A stretch of DNA of 64,000 nucleotides from the human T2T-CHM13v2.0 reference genome, Homo sapiens (GCF_009914755.1 NC_060935.1); one strand, 5' to 3'. Numbered from the stretch's first letter, positions 44,020 to 58,560 are shown. Notes: generated from the letters alone by a model not told the origin. Made by a program: numbers and translations.

Positions 44020-44322
44020 CCGTTAGTCTCCATTTGCACCCACACCCACACCCTGCACTGTGCCCTGGGAGGCAGACCTCTGTGGGCTCCCTCATGAGGC
44101 CTTCTTGCCAACTGGCTTCCACTTCGGTCTGGACATGATTCCTGACCCCTTTGAGTGCTGGGCCGTAAGACTTTTCCACTGTTGCCAGCCTCTGGGTGGG
44201 TGCCTCAACGTCCTTTTTTTTGTTCTCTTACCCTGCCAACACCTCAGTACAGTAGTCCCCTCATTAAAGTCTCTTCATCTGAACCATTAGGGGTGAATTG
44301 CTTCCTGCTGGTCCCCAAATAC
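44020..44322 (+). mobile_element. LTR33-like ERVL LTR, internally deleted
   Basis: ccctgcactgtgccctgggaggcagacctctgtggg...ctggcttcc; 3' end tagtcccctcattaaag...ttcctgctgg. Confidence 0.55.
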
Positions 44323-44422
44323 CTGACCCTGCACCTGGAGATGATTGATCTGAATGGGCAGATCCAGGTGGAGGGTCAGGTATTTGGGGACCAGCAGGAA
44401 GGAATTCACCCCTCGTGGTTCA
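44280..44422. repeat. Inverted repeat, 60-bp arms, 23-nt spacer
   Basis: 44280-44339 versus the reverse complement of 44363-44422: 56/60 identical, with a 30-bp perfect core. Confidence 0.97.
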
Positions 44423-44425
44423 TAA

Positions 44426-44625
44426 CCCCTACAAAAAATAAAAAATTAGCCAAGCGTGGCAGCACATGCCTGTGGCCCCAGCTACTCACAAGGCTAAGGT
44501 GAGAGGATCATTTTAGCCCAGGAGCTCCAGGCTGCAGTGAGCTGTGATGGTGCCCCTGCACTCCAGCTTGGGCAATGAGGCAAGACTCTGTCTCAAAAAA
44601 ACAAACAAACGAACAAATGAAAAAA
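44426..44625 (+). mobile_element. AluJ linker plus right arm only
   Basis: Starts at cctacaaaaaataaaaaattagcc; the left arm is absent. Confidence 0.85.
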
Positions 44626-45489
44626 ACAGACACAATCATGTCAAGATTTGCCCCAGAACAAAGAACTCATCAGCGCAGCCCATGAACAGCCCCTCCCCAA
44701 GTTCATGCTTTGGGCCAGGCATACTCAATGCTAGCTTCTCTGGGCACATGAGGGTCTGATTCTGACTTATCAAGAGCTCTTGTGGGCAGAGCCCAATGAG
44801 ACAGGGGCACCTGCAGCTGCAGTGAGGTGACAGTGAAGTAACAGTGACTAGTTTGGTGAACCAACACTACAGAATAAAACAGGCCTCAAGGCAAAACATG
44901 GTCAGACCACTGCTCAGGCAGCATGAGCAGTGCAGGTTGGTGTAGGAGAAGCCAAGGAACTTGAGCTGCTCGGGGCAGCCTCGCTGGAGGGCCTACAGGA
45001 CCTGGATAGGAACCATGGGATGCTAGAAAGGGTGGGATGGAACACTGGGAGGGGTGGGGAGTAGGGAAGGAATATCTCAGGAGAAAGAGTTAAGGCCTAG
45101 CAGAAGGAAGTGGGATCTCTGAGGGCAGGAACAAGAGGCAGGGGCTTGGTCAGGCATAGCCCCTTACCCTGCCCCGTCCTGGAACAGGTCTCCAGCCTGA
45201 GGACAGGCCCCTAGCATCCCCCACAAGCCATCCCCCTCCTTCAACTGGAAGTCACCCCAACCCTTTCACTTCCCTTGCTTACGGCACCTGCCCAGACCAC
45301 AGCCACAGCTGGGCTCAGGTTTCAATTCTTGTTTCCTCCACACCTATGTAGTCTCTTGAAAAGTTTCTATTTCTTGACAGGGGCTAGGCCTGACACCTGA
45401 CACCCTCAATCCTCTGCCACTGCCTCTTTACAGTTGTTTCTGCCTGGCCCCAGCCCTGTACTTTGGTCCTCTGCCCTCCTAGCAGCCCG

Positions 45490-45791
45490 AGCAAGACTGC
45501 TAATAGGCTATTTTGACCATGCATCCGTGGCTTAAGACCCTTTTATGGCTGCCCACTGCCCTCCAAACACATTCAAGGCCCTTCACTGTGTGATTCCAGC
45601 CAGACTATGAAACCTCATCTCTCAGTCCTCCCATTTTAGGTACTCTTTGTTCCTAACATACCGCACATACATACACACGCACAAACACACACAGACAACT
45701 TTTCCAGCAACTCATCAGGCTCTTTTTAGCAACATCACACATCTGAATATGCTGTTCCCTCAGCTTTTAACACCCTTCTCCCTTTCTGTAC
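45490..45791 (+). repeat. Local direct duplication, copy 2, embedded in a longer L2 fragment (~45400-45930)
   Basis: L2-like flanks on both sides (tagcagcccgag...; ccccagctcaaaacctctgcttctgtgaagtcttcc). Confidence 0.9.
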
Positions 45792-47044
45792 TTGATAAAC
45801 TCATATTTGCCCTTTAAACCCCAGCTCAAAACCTCTGCTTCTGTGAAGTCTTCCTCCTTCTCCTAAGTCAGAATTAATCTCCCCTCCTCTGGGTCTCCAT
45901 AACTTTGTTCAGATCTTGATGACAGCAGCAAGCACAAGCAGACTGGTCTTCCAGACTTCTATTTAGCCATGTCCTCTTCTGAATTCCCCTTCCTTTCAAG
46001 ACTCTGGCCCCAGGTGGACCACTTAATATCTATATGACCTTGGGCAAGTTGCTTAACCTTCCCTGGATCTCTGGATGAATGCTGAATTAATGCTCTATGT
46101 CCACAGCTTTTCGGCACCTATACATGCATTGATAATCACAATTAACCAATGATTCTGTAACTATGTCCTACCAGGCTGTGAGTCCCTTGCCAGCAGGGTA
46201 ACAATCCAGGTTCCTTGTAACCAAATTGTCTCTGTATCCCCAGTGCCCACCATTCCAGAAACCCTTATTGCACAGGCAAATTTAGCCCAAACTCCATTTT
46301 TGCAAATGGAGAAACTGGACCCAAAGAGGCACAGAGATTTGCCTAAGGTCATGAACCAGCTTCAGAGTATTCTCCTTTGCCCTCCCTCCAAATCTTTGGG
46401 CCAGCATCTCTCCAAAGACTGTCTCTGGCCTAAGCTAGGGCTCTGGACCAGAGAACAGGCCTGCACCAGGCCCCACTTGTCACTGTCCTGTGGACTCTCA
46501 GGGTAGAAACTACCAGATGCCCAGACAGTTTTACTTCCCTCCTGGCTGCAGAGACCATGCTGAGAGCAACTGTCAGACCTCAGACACTTCCGTTTCACCC
46601 AGAGCCAGGCTTCCTTTTCATATCTTCCTTAGGCAGCAAGCAGACCTTGGGCCACAGCCTCTGCACCAGACCCTGGAGAGTTTTGTTTCTTCTTGGGGGC
46701 TCGGCCCAGACAGCCGCAGTAGTGAACTCCCCCTGAGGAGCCTAGCAGGAGGTTCGTGGCAGGAAAGTTTGTGGCAGGAAAGCCTGATAACCCACAAACC
46801 CTAGAAATTGGAGTCTTGACTTTGATGACACCTCATCTGATCTGTATGGTTGGGGACAGAAAGGCCTCACATAAGGAAACTCCTGGAGAATCATAAGCCC
46901 TCAGAGCCCTTGGTAAAACCTGTTCATTTTACGGATGGGGAGACTGAGGCCCAGAAAGGGATTTGCCCAGAGCAGATATGCAATGGTGTACCCAATGCTG
47001 ATCTTAAAGGTTTTGATCTGTGGTACCTTTAGTTGCTTTTGCCC

Positions 47045-47400
<356 letters not shown>

Positions 47401-47631
47401 TGTTTTCTTTTTCTATTTCCTTTCTACCAGCCTGGCAGATGCCTCCTCTCTCTGCTGCCTTGGTGAATACCTGCCTGCCTGCAGCAGCAACTTCTCACCC
47501 CCAACATTGGCTGCCAATTAACCTTTAAACCTTTTACAACCAGATCACCATGGGCTTCATGCTCAAAGTGTAAAGTGAGAATGTAAAGTATGAGTAAATG
47601 GATTCACATCAAGGTTCTGGGGATCATCTTA

Positions 47632-48025
<394 letters not shown>

Positions 48026-50957
48026 GAATGGGGTCCAGGAATATGTTTTCACTGCTCTTTGTCAATCCTCTCTCCAGCTCACATTTCACCCACACACACT
48101 TGGAGGGTGCCTCTGGAAGGATGACAACAGCTTGCGCCTCCATTTTTCTCACTTTGGTAATTCATTATCATCCCTAAGGCTGGAAAGGGCATTAAAGTTC
48201 AGGCAGTTCAATTCCAAGTTCGATTCAGAAATTATTTCCTCCATCCATTCTTCTGCTCCAAAACCTTGACTAACTCATGCCAGATCTAGTGCTTGGTGCT
48301 GTGAGATCCAACAGGGTCTTGCCTTCAGGGAACTCACATCTGAGAAGGGAGACAGGTGTGTAAAGAACACCTACAGTGGAGTGTGTAATGTGGTAGAGGG
48401 GAGAGTGATCAGGTTTCTCAGGGAAGGAGATGCTCTCCTGGGATCTTGAAGGATGAATTTACCAAGCAGGGAAATGGGGGAAGGGCTCCAAGCAGCTGTC
48501 AATATTCATACCACCAGAACTTGCCCTGTCAGTCAGGCCACTTCTTACTCAGACTCCCAGACTTCTGCACAACCCCTTGCCTTTCTCTCAGGCTTTACTC
48601 ACCCACTGTGTCTGTCAAAAAACGTTCCCAGGCACTTCATCTGTAAAGGTCCTGTACTGGGTCCTGGAGACTCCTGGCCTTGAGGAGCCCACAGCTTGGT
48701 GGGGGATGGATGCATAGAGAGCCAATGACCACATAGTGTGAACATGGGAAGGTCAGAACTGAAGAGCCAGCAACAAATGCTATCTGAGCCATCCTTGGGA
48801 GGACAGGGGAGACTTTCTGCAGGAGGTGATATATAACCTGACATCTGAGCTATGGAATCTCCTACATCCTCATAGCACTCCTTTAAGGTAGGCCTTATTA
48901 TTCCCTTTTAGATATGATAAAACTGAAGCCCAGAAAAGGGCAATGCCTTACCCAAGGTCACATGATTAGTGAGCGAGGTAGGTATGCATTCACCCCTGTG
49001 TACCCAGCAGCAGAGGTGGAAGTGGCACTATTGGAAGAGCTGGGCCTCAGGGGCTAGGACCAGAGGTGGAATGTTCAGAAGCACGGAGGGAGGAGCAGAA
49101 GCTGAGAACCTGGAGCTGATGGAACCTACAGGTTGTGCCATCTCTCCCAGACATACAGTAGAGCAGAGAAGGGACAGGAATATCCAGCAGGGCATCAGCT
49201 TGCAGCTTCATATCAGCAGAGCTGGCTCAGTCCTTAGACACCATCCTATCCAGCCCAGGAGAAACAGGTTTGTCCAGGGCAATTGATGAGGATGCATAGT
49301 ATCACAGTGGCTGACCCTGGGCTAGATAGAATTCAGAGGCTTTGTCCTCCAGCCCAGTGCTCCACCCATTGCCCCAGCTGCCACTACATTGTTCAATCCA
49401 ATCTACGTTTACTGATGGTGTGCTCTGGATTGGACACTCTTCCAGGCACCATGGAGACCACAGGGATCCTCCCCTTCACTGCTGTCAGGAGCTTTCAGCT
49501 GCATGGAGGAAGTCAGGTTGGGCTCCAAGACCTAGACTCCAAGTAGCATGTGGGAAGTGAGACAGCAGCAGGCATGAACACAGTGCTGGGGAGTGGGGTG
49601 AGGAGGACCTTAATGGCACAAGTGCCATGAGCAATCCTTAGACTTCAGATCTCCCATCTGTCCCAAGAAGAGACTGGAGTCAACAATCTCTGAGGTCTGC
49701 TAGCCTCTACCCTCCTTTGCCTTGCAAGGATTGGGAGGCAGGGCTGGGTCCAGCTTCTGGTAGGCTAGGGGATGGGAGGCAGAGGAAGTGGCTTGAGCTG
49801 CTCGAGCCACCCCCGCCTGCCCACCCCGGGGCTGTCCCATTACCGGCAGGGAAATCACAGACTCAGCGCTCAGACATCTGGGAGGTGCTGGGTGGCCTGG
49901 GTATTTTTAGAAGGCCAGAGGCAAACATGCCTGGAATCCTGGGTGTTGCTGAGCCAAAGAAGCTGGGAGGCCAGCAGAGGGTGAACCAGAAGAGGTGGCC
50001 TCGGCCCGGGTCCTAACTTCACCAAGGTCAGCTGGACTTGCCTTTCCCCAGAGGCTAGTGTTCAGGCCTATGGTGTGCAAGCTCTGGTTCCCCCAACTTG
50101 TCACTCACTTCTGCTTCCTTCTGGGCAGTCAGCTGCAGAGCTGTTACAGGGCCTCAGGGAGAACACTTGATCTCTTGATTCATTCAGCCAGTTCTTTCTG
50201 TGCTTTCCGTGGTCCAGGTGAGCTGCTGGGCCCTAAGGATACAGAATAGAAAGGAGGCAACCCTGGAGGGGCTCAGATCTGTTGGGTTGGGGGGGGTGGT
50301 GGGAAGATGGGAACACAGACAGTGATAACACCTTGAGATCACTTTGGAAGAAGAAGAAGTATGGGCCTGAGGGAGCTCAGAGGGTCCCCATCTCCCAGGA
50401 TTGCCACAAGGGCCAGCTGATTATCTATGAACAAAAATGTAAGCTGCCCAGCTAGGGGACCAGCTCTGGGTATAACTAAGTTGTGATTATCAGTCCTTTC
50501 TAGAGCCATGCCTTTTCCTTTAGCGTGATTTCTGAAAGATAACATCTCAGAAGTGGAATACAAGGTAAGATTATCTTTTCAGCTGCTGACTTATCAACTA
50601 CCAGAAAAAAATGCCCAGTTTGCACTGACAGCTCTGTCCCTGTCTCCTTCTCCCCATCCTATCCCTTCCAATCCCTCCAGGCAAATCCACACTATCATAT
50701 TACAGATAAAGACTCAAGGTCCAGAGGGGCAGGTCCAGCCCAGGTCGGCTCTGAGCTATCCGCGACCTGCAGATTCCCAGATGGTTGAAACCACAGGAAG
50801 GACGCTCCCAGGCCTGCCTATCAGAGGAAGAGGGCTAGGGCATGGAGTGGGCAGAGGGCAGGAGTCCAGCCCCACACTGGGCCCCATCACAATTGACACT
50901 GTAGCTTAAACCCGATCTGTCCCACTCACTCCCCAGGATTGACTGGCCTTTCAGCCC

Positions 50958-51262
50958 AGGATTTCTCAAACTGGGCTCTTCAGTTTCATGAGTTTCCAGC
51001 CTTATTCATGGATGTCTGCAGATATGCTACCTGAATTTTTTAAGTTTTGTACGTTCACTTTAATGATAATCTAAACACATTCATATGAAAATATTCTGGC
51101 TTGACTGGAATGCACAGCATCTTATGAAAGAGGCTGCTCTAAGCGTCAGTGTCCATATCCGGATTTATCAGCAGACTAGTTCCAAAGAATCTAAGGGAAC
51201 CACATTTAACATCAATGCAGTGTCTCAAGCTGACTTAATCAAGTTTGAGACTCATTGCTCTA
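50958..51262. mobile_element. hAT-Charlie-type DNA transposon remnant
   Basis: Ends caggatttctcaaact ... agtttgagactcattg resemble Charlie TIRs. Confidence 0.5.
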
Positions 51263-53034
51263 GCTAAAATGCTTATTTCCTTCCTGTAAGATCCTGGGTA
51301 GAGAAAGAAGGATCTCAGTTGGGATCAGAGGCCTGGGTTCTAATTTTGTCTCTGCTTCTAACTCACTGAATAGCCACAGACAATTCCCTATCTGTGTCTT
51401 GTTCTAGATCTCAGTGTATTCATTTGTAAAATGGGAAGTTTGAGTTAGACTATCCCTATGGTCCCTTTGGGCTCTCACATGCCAGGATTCCAAATTGTGA
51501 TTGAGCTGCCCTCTCACAGCCACCCCTGCCCACCCCACACCCCCACACCATCCCCACTGAGGCCCAGTGCTGCCGGGGGCTCCTGGGTTGAAAAGTAGAG
51601 CCTCCAGGAGGGCGGGTGTCAGGCAGATGTAAAGGGGGTGGCCTGAGTGGGATTGAAGGTCATCAGGAAGAAAGCCACCAGGCCAAAGAGAGTACTTACA
51701 CCCAGCCAGGCTGTCAGCTGAGACCTACCTCCCCAGGCCAGGAGGGCTCCTCCCAGGATAGTGGGGGATCAGGGAACCCACCCCTCACCTGTGTGGGATT
51801 CTCCTCTAAGATTCACTGTCAGCCATCCACCCTCCTACCCCATAGCGCTGCCAGGAACCTAGAGCAACCTTCTCCTATAACCCCCTCCCCCATTCCAGCT
51901 CACACTGGGGTCTCAGGGAACAGGGCCCCCAGTCAATGCCAGAACAACCCCACTGACTAGACCTTCCTCAGCTCCCATCCTTTGGGCCTGCCTAACTCCT
52001 ATAGATTACCTAGAATTCAGATTAGGAGTTCCCTCTGTCAGGAAGCTCTCCCAGATCCCCCATTCCAGGCAGGCTCAGGACCTTTATCCAACCTGCCATC
52101 TGTACTATCCTCTGTCCCTGCACTGATCCATCTTAACTGTTTTCTGTTGATCTCTCCCTCCTGGCTCCCAGCTGCCTTTGTTAATTCAGACATTGTGGAC
52201 ATGACATCTTTCTCGCTTTGCTGGGAAATGATTTGAAGCTCTGTCCCTTGGCCAAGAAATTCTAGACCTGGAAAAGCACCTGGAGTAGTAGGAAGTTTTC
52301 TCCTGACCTCAGGGCTCAGACATGCCTGCCCTCCAAGTCGATGCTCAGCAGCACCGGGGGCAGGCTTTTCCTGCAAAGGACAGTTTGCTGAACAGATAAA
52401 CTAATCTGGGCACCCTACATCCAGGCCTATCAGTTTGTCCTATCTTGTCGTTCTCTACCCTACGGAGTCTTGTGGGGACACAGGCCAGAGGAGTGATGTC
52501 ACATGGGAGGACAGGGCAGGATGGGAGGGAGGAATGGGACTAAGGAAATGCTTGGGGAGTAGGTGGGGTGTCCCCATCACATCTAGGTGGAGGTGGCTAT
52601 GTCTTCATCTGGGTGTGAGACCATCCTAGCTCTCAGTATCCTGGTCCCCACCCTAGCCCAGTTGAGGAGCCTTCAGAGGCCAGAGGTCATATGTCATCAC
52701 CTCCCAGAGAAACCCTGCCTAGCCCCAAAGTTGTCTGTTCCCAGCATACCAGCCCAGGAGAGAGAGAGCATGGGGCAGTGAGTCACCAAAGTATATGACT
52801 TTGGGCATATCACACTCCCGTCTGTACGATGAAGAGGTGGACTCTGTAAACACTAAGGGCTCGTCTGGTCAGGACAGTCTGTAGGCAGATGAAGTGGAAG
52901 AGACTGCTCCTGTGTGCAGGTGCTGGCTGGGTGCTCCCGTGTCTCTCGTCCCATCTAACTGCTCGGCCAAGGAGGGAGAAAGCTCCATGGAAAGCTTTGC
53001 CTCTGCTTGAGGCAGAGAAAGGTGGCATGGGCAT

Positions 53035-54085
<1,051 letters not shown>

Positions 54086-54118
54086 TGGCCTGGAGATTTT
54101 TTTTCAAAAAACATATTT

Positions 54119-54438
54119 GACCAGGTGCAGTGGTTCGTGCCTGTAATCCCAATGCTTTGGGAGTCCAAGGCAGAGGATTGCTTTAGCTCAGGAGTTCGAG
54201 ACCAGCCTAAGCAGACTCCTGTCTATACAACAACAACAACAAAATAATTTAAGAAAAAATTAGCCAGGCACAGTGGTGCACATTTGTAGTTCCAGCTTCT
54301 TGGGAGGCTGAGGATCACTTGAGCCCAGAAGTTCAAAGCTGTAGTAAGCTATGATTACACCACTACACTCCAGCCTGGATGACAGAGCAAGACCCTGTCT
54401 CTAAATAAAAAACAAAGCAAAACAAAACAAAACAAAAA
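54119..54438 (+). mobile_element. AluJ
   Basis: Diverged Alu with a CAAAA tail. Confidence 0.85.
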
Positions 54439-57400
54439 CCGTATTTTAGCTGCAGGGTTCTTTAATCAGAGGAAAAGTTACCCAAAGACTGCATGAAGGC
54501 TTTGGTGAGGAGTTGATAGTGGTTAACTGGAGGCAAGAAGGGCAGGTAAGGTCGCATGGGGCTGATAACTATGCACGTGCGTGTGCGTGCATGCGTGTAT
54601 GTGTATTGAGGGGGTGCTCGTGTGTAGAGGGCACTTTCTCTTGGTCTCCCTCTCCCTGACTTGCCCCACACAGAGGTCTTTTCTGAGGAACCCAGTGGCA
54701 TAGTATAAAAGTCCCTGACTAATGGTCACTGAAGTCACTTCCTTTCTGGGATACTTACCGGGAGGAGGCCATGTGTAACAGGGGCAGGAAGCTTCTCTAT
54801 TTCGTCGTTAGGGGAGGACTTAGCAAGTCACCTTGGAGGAGGCCCTCTCTGTTCTGTCCACCACTTGAGTTTATCAGATGTAAGTAGCACCTGGGAGACA
54901 AAACAGGACCTTTTGTGGCCCAACAAAGGCTGCCTCTCCTAACATCAAATGGGATGCAGAGCTGAAGAAAAAGGCAACATATTTGGGAGGAGTGAGACGT
55001 TGACAAAGGAGCCCCAGGGCACAAATGGAAGAAGGTCCAGTCACTTTCCTTGTGAGGTTCAAAGTTATCTGGCTGCTAAGATGACCATCCCCAGTGAGCC
55101 CCACTTGTTGGAAGGAAAGAACCCCTGAGCCCCCAGTGGTGTAGGAAGGAGCCTTGGACTGGTGGCCAGGCTTAACTCTGGGGCTGAGGACCTAGAAGCC
55201 CCTCTGGACCTTCCTCCTGGTGAAACTTGCTGGAGCTCAGGAGTGTGAATGAAAGCTTGGATTTGGGGGTCATGTGTTCACAGCTGCTGGGACTCTGAAC
55301 AGTAAGATGGAGCAAGACTGGGACTCAAGAGTGCCTTTGTTGGAAAGGAGCTAGTGTAGTCCCTGTGGGTTTTGAGCACTCCTGTGACATGGGGGAAGGC
55401 CTCCAGAGGGCCAGATTGAACTTCCTGCTGATAAAATCTTGTGGAGCTCAAGCAATTAATGGGGAAAAAATTTGGCCATAGTTTTTACCTTAAGCTGGTG
55501 GAGGGACCACACAAGTTACATGCAGTTCTCAAGTTATTTGGTTCTCTAGTTCCAGAGGTGGGGCAGGATGAGGGGGACCAGGAAAGTATATTATTCCTTT
55601 TTGCACCCAAGCCAGCTCAAGACAACCCTGGGGAATGGGAGGGAAAGTCTCTGGGCCTCTTTCCTTACTTAGGTTTCCTTCGTGGGTCCCCTTCAAGAGC
55701 CGCTCCTCATCTTCAGGATTCCACCATGGCCCCTTGCCTATGTCTACAGCCCATGATAGTACTCAAGTACTCAGGCTATTTCCTGTTCACTGTCCCTACA
55801 AAGCTTATCCAGCCTGGGTCCAGGTTCCTCTGTTCCCCATTAGGAGCACTGAGCTCAGCTAATAGACCAAATTGACCGAAGGAGCTGGTGACAACAGTTG
55901 GTTAATCCAGCCACTAAGGGCTTCACATGCATCCCTTCCCTGACTCCATTCACATTTCACCAAGGATCACAGTTACTCCAAAGGCACAACAATCTGAGCA
56001 AAAGGTTGCTGGAATGTGCTGCTTCAACAGCCTTTCAGCTCTGTTGTGCAAAGAAGGTGTAATTCTACTGGTGGAATTTTAGGCACTTTGAAAGAATGTT
56101 TGGGATATAGTTTCTTGCAAATAGGCAACCTTTGCTCACCCACAGAGAAGACAGCATTTTCTGCCTACACATGAGGGAGCCTACGTGAGGCCCAGCTCCA
56201 GTTGTGACCTTCAGTTCCACTCCCTAGGCCAAGATGCTAAATTCAGATCACCCATTAGTTCAGAAGCAGGTTAGACCAGTCACCATAAGCATGTGCCTGG
56301 GCAACCAATCTTGTTTATGCAAAAGGAGTCTTTAGTCTGCAATGTTTTGCACACCCAGCACACAAATGAAAACAGTTCTTGACTACACTTGGAAGGAAAA
56401 GAAAGAAAAGCAGGATAAAGGGCAAGATAAGAGAAGATAGCAAGTGCCAAGGAACTGAATCCTATCAGCCACCAAACCTTCATTTAAGCAGCCTGCTCAT
56501 CTATGACCTACATTTATGAATTCTTTCTTGCAACCAACCAATCAACCTTCATTCAACTAATCAATGAATGAACCAGTCTTCATTCAGTCAAGCATTCTGT
56601 ATTTATTAGGACTACTAATTTCATTCATTCATTCACTTTCTCTAACAAATCAACCTTCATTCAACCAGCAAAAGAATAAGTAGCTATTCACTCTTCATTT
56701 ATTCAACTAAGTATTCCAAATAGCAAAGCTCAGGGCTGCAAGAGACCTCAAAGACCTCAAAGTTCAACCCACTGCAACCTTATAGGAATTCTGTCCATTA
56801 CAACCTTGCCAAAATACACAGCTCATTACCTTCAAAGGTTGCCTGGTCTGTTATGGAGCAGCTCTGACTGTGAGAAAAATATTTTAAAAGCTGAAATGGA
56901 GTCTGCCCTCCTTGTAACATCCATACCTGGTTCTGATACTTCCTTCCAGGCCACCCGGAATAGCTCAGCTTCTGTGCTTGGAGACCTTGTCTGCAGGCAA
57001 AGGTGGAGATTATGTCCTCTGTGGCCCCTTCTCTCCCTCCCCTGTCCCTGTGAGTGATGTTCCCTTGTTGTTCCAGTCTCTCTTCTCTGGTCAGGAAGGT
57101 ACCACTCAATCCAGGGCTTTCTCCTGGTTTGGGATTTGGAATGGGAGCCCACATTCTAAGTGTAATGTGGCAAGGGGACAGTCACCCCCAGTTCTGAATG
57201 GACTAAGCTCCAGAGTGTTTGTCATGACAGCCATTTTGCTCAAGGGCTCTCCCCTCACCCTGTTCCACAACCCTCCACCTCCCTTATCTACAGCTGAACG
57301 CCTCAGAGCAGCTAAGCTATGGACTTGCTGGAGATTTCAGAGCTGGTTCAACCCAAAAAGCTTGGGGCCCAAACTGGAAGACAGGGATTAAGTTGGGCCA

Positions 57401-57769
57401 GCCATTCATTCCTCTGAGGAATTTGAACCTGAGATCTGAGGAGGAAGCTAAGCTGTTGGAAACAGGAGATGAGGCAGGAAGACTCAGAAAAGAGGGAGTG
57501 GGTAGCTGCCTGAGTCAGTGCAGGCTATGAGAAAGCAGAAGCTGAGCTAGGGCAAGGGACAGGAGGGATCCACTGCATCTGTAGGGTTGTGGGAGCAAGT
57601 GACAGCAAAAAATGACCAATTTAAGCAGAAAAATAATGTGTTAAAAGGACTCTGGGTAATTTGCATAAACTGATCTCCAGTTAAGGGGTGATTTAGCAGT
57701 GTGGTATATATTTGGTTCTGAAGAATTATAACACACGACAGGAAAAAAATATGTTTCAGAAAATGTAGG

Positions 57770-57915
57770 TAATTCTGTAAAGTGATGAATATGTTAATTA
57801 GCTTGATTGTGGTAAGCATTTCACAATGTATACCTATGTAAAAATATCACATTGTACACCTTGATTATATATACATTTTATTTCTCAATTATACCTCAGT
57901 AAAGCTGGAAAAAAT
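57770..57915 (+). mobile_element. L1MA 3' terminal fragment
   Basis: gtgatgaatatgttaattagcttgattgtggtaa...tcaattatacctcagtaaagctggaaaaa. Confidence 0.8.
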
Positions 57916-58560
57916 ATGACTTCAAATTAATATTTTTCCTTCTGGGTACATAATTTAAAAAATTATTTGATATTATAATTATAAATACATACAATATACA
58001 AAATTTTACAATATAAAATTATATATTTTATATTGTATATTTATAATTTTTATGTTGTATATTTTATAATTTTTACAATATAAAAATCATTTTATATTGT
58101 AATTTGACATCTATGTAATGTACAATGATTTAAAAATCAAGTCATTTTTCTCATATATAACAAAAATTCAGATCTGAAATTATATAATGATACTACCATA
58201 ATCACAAGAAAATTTACAATTTCCTCCATGCCTTCTAAGGAAAATATACCTAGGTAGGTTGCAGGTTTTTGGTTTGCTGAGAACGAAGTCTTGTTCAGGG
58301 TCAGGGTGATGGCCTTTCCTATGCTAGATCACAGCCTTATATATCACGGGTAAGGAAGAGAACCCCAGAGCTAATTGTGCTATAAAAAAAGTAGTGTGGG
58401 GAGAGGGCAGGAAAGGTGGAGGTGGGGTTCACTGGTGAGGAGAGGAGCCTGGGGTTGCTTGAGAGGAGAGAGAGTTGCTGTGGACTGTTTGATGTAAAAC
58501 ACTACTCCATCTCTAGACAGGAATCTACAATACAATAACCATTCCTCACTAAGGCCTTGA

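Noticed and set aside
43160-45791. Direct repeats flanking 2 kb read as the LTRs of a novel retroelement
   Set aside because: No TG...CA ends, TSD, PBS/PPT or coding remnants. The repeats are L2-derived and the interior is a mosaic of old host repeats.
49781-49790. Perfect PU.1 motif AGAGGAAGTG
   Set aside because: A single short motif; insufficient evidence on its own.
55441-55875. 144-aa ORF in unique sequence
   Set aside because: Non-ATG start, no recognisable domain or exon structure; no processed pseudogene recognised.
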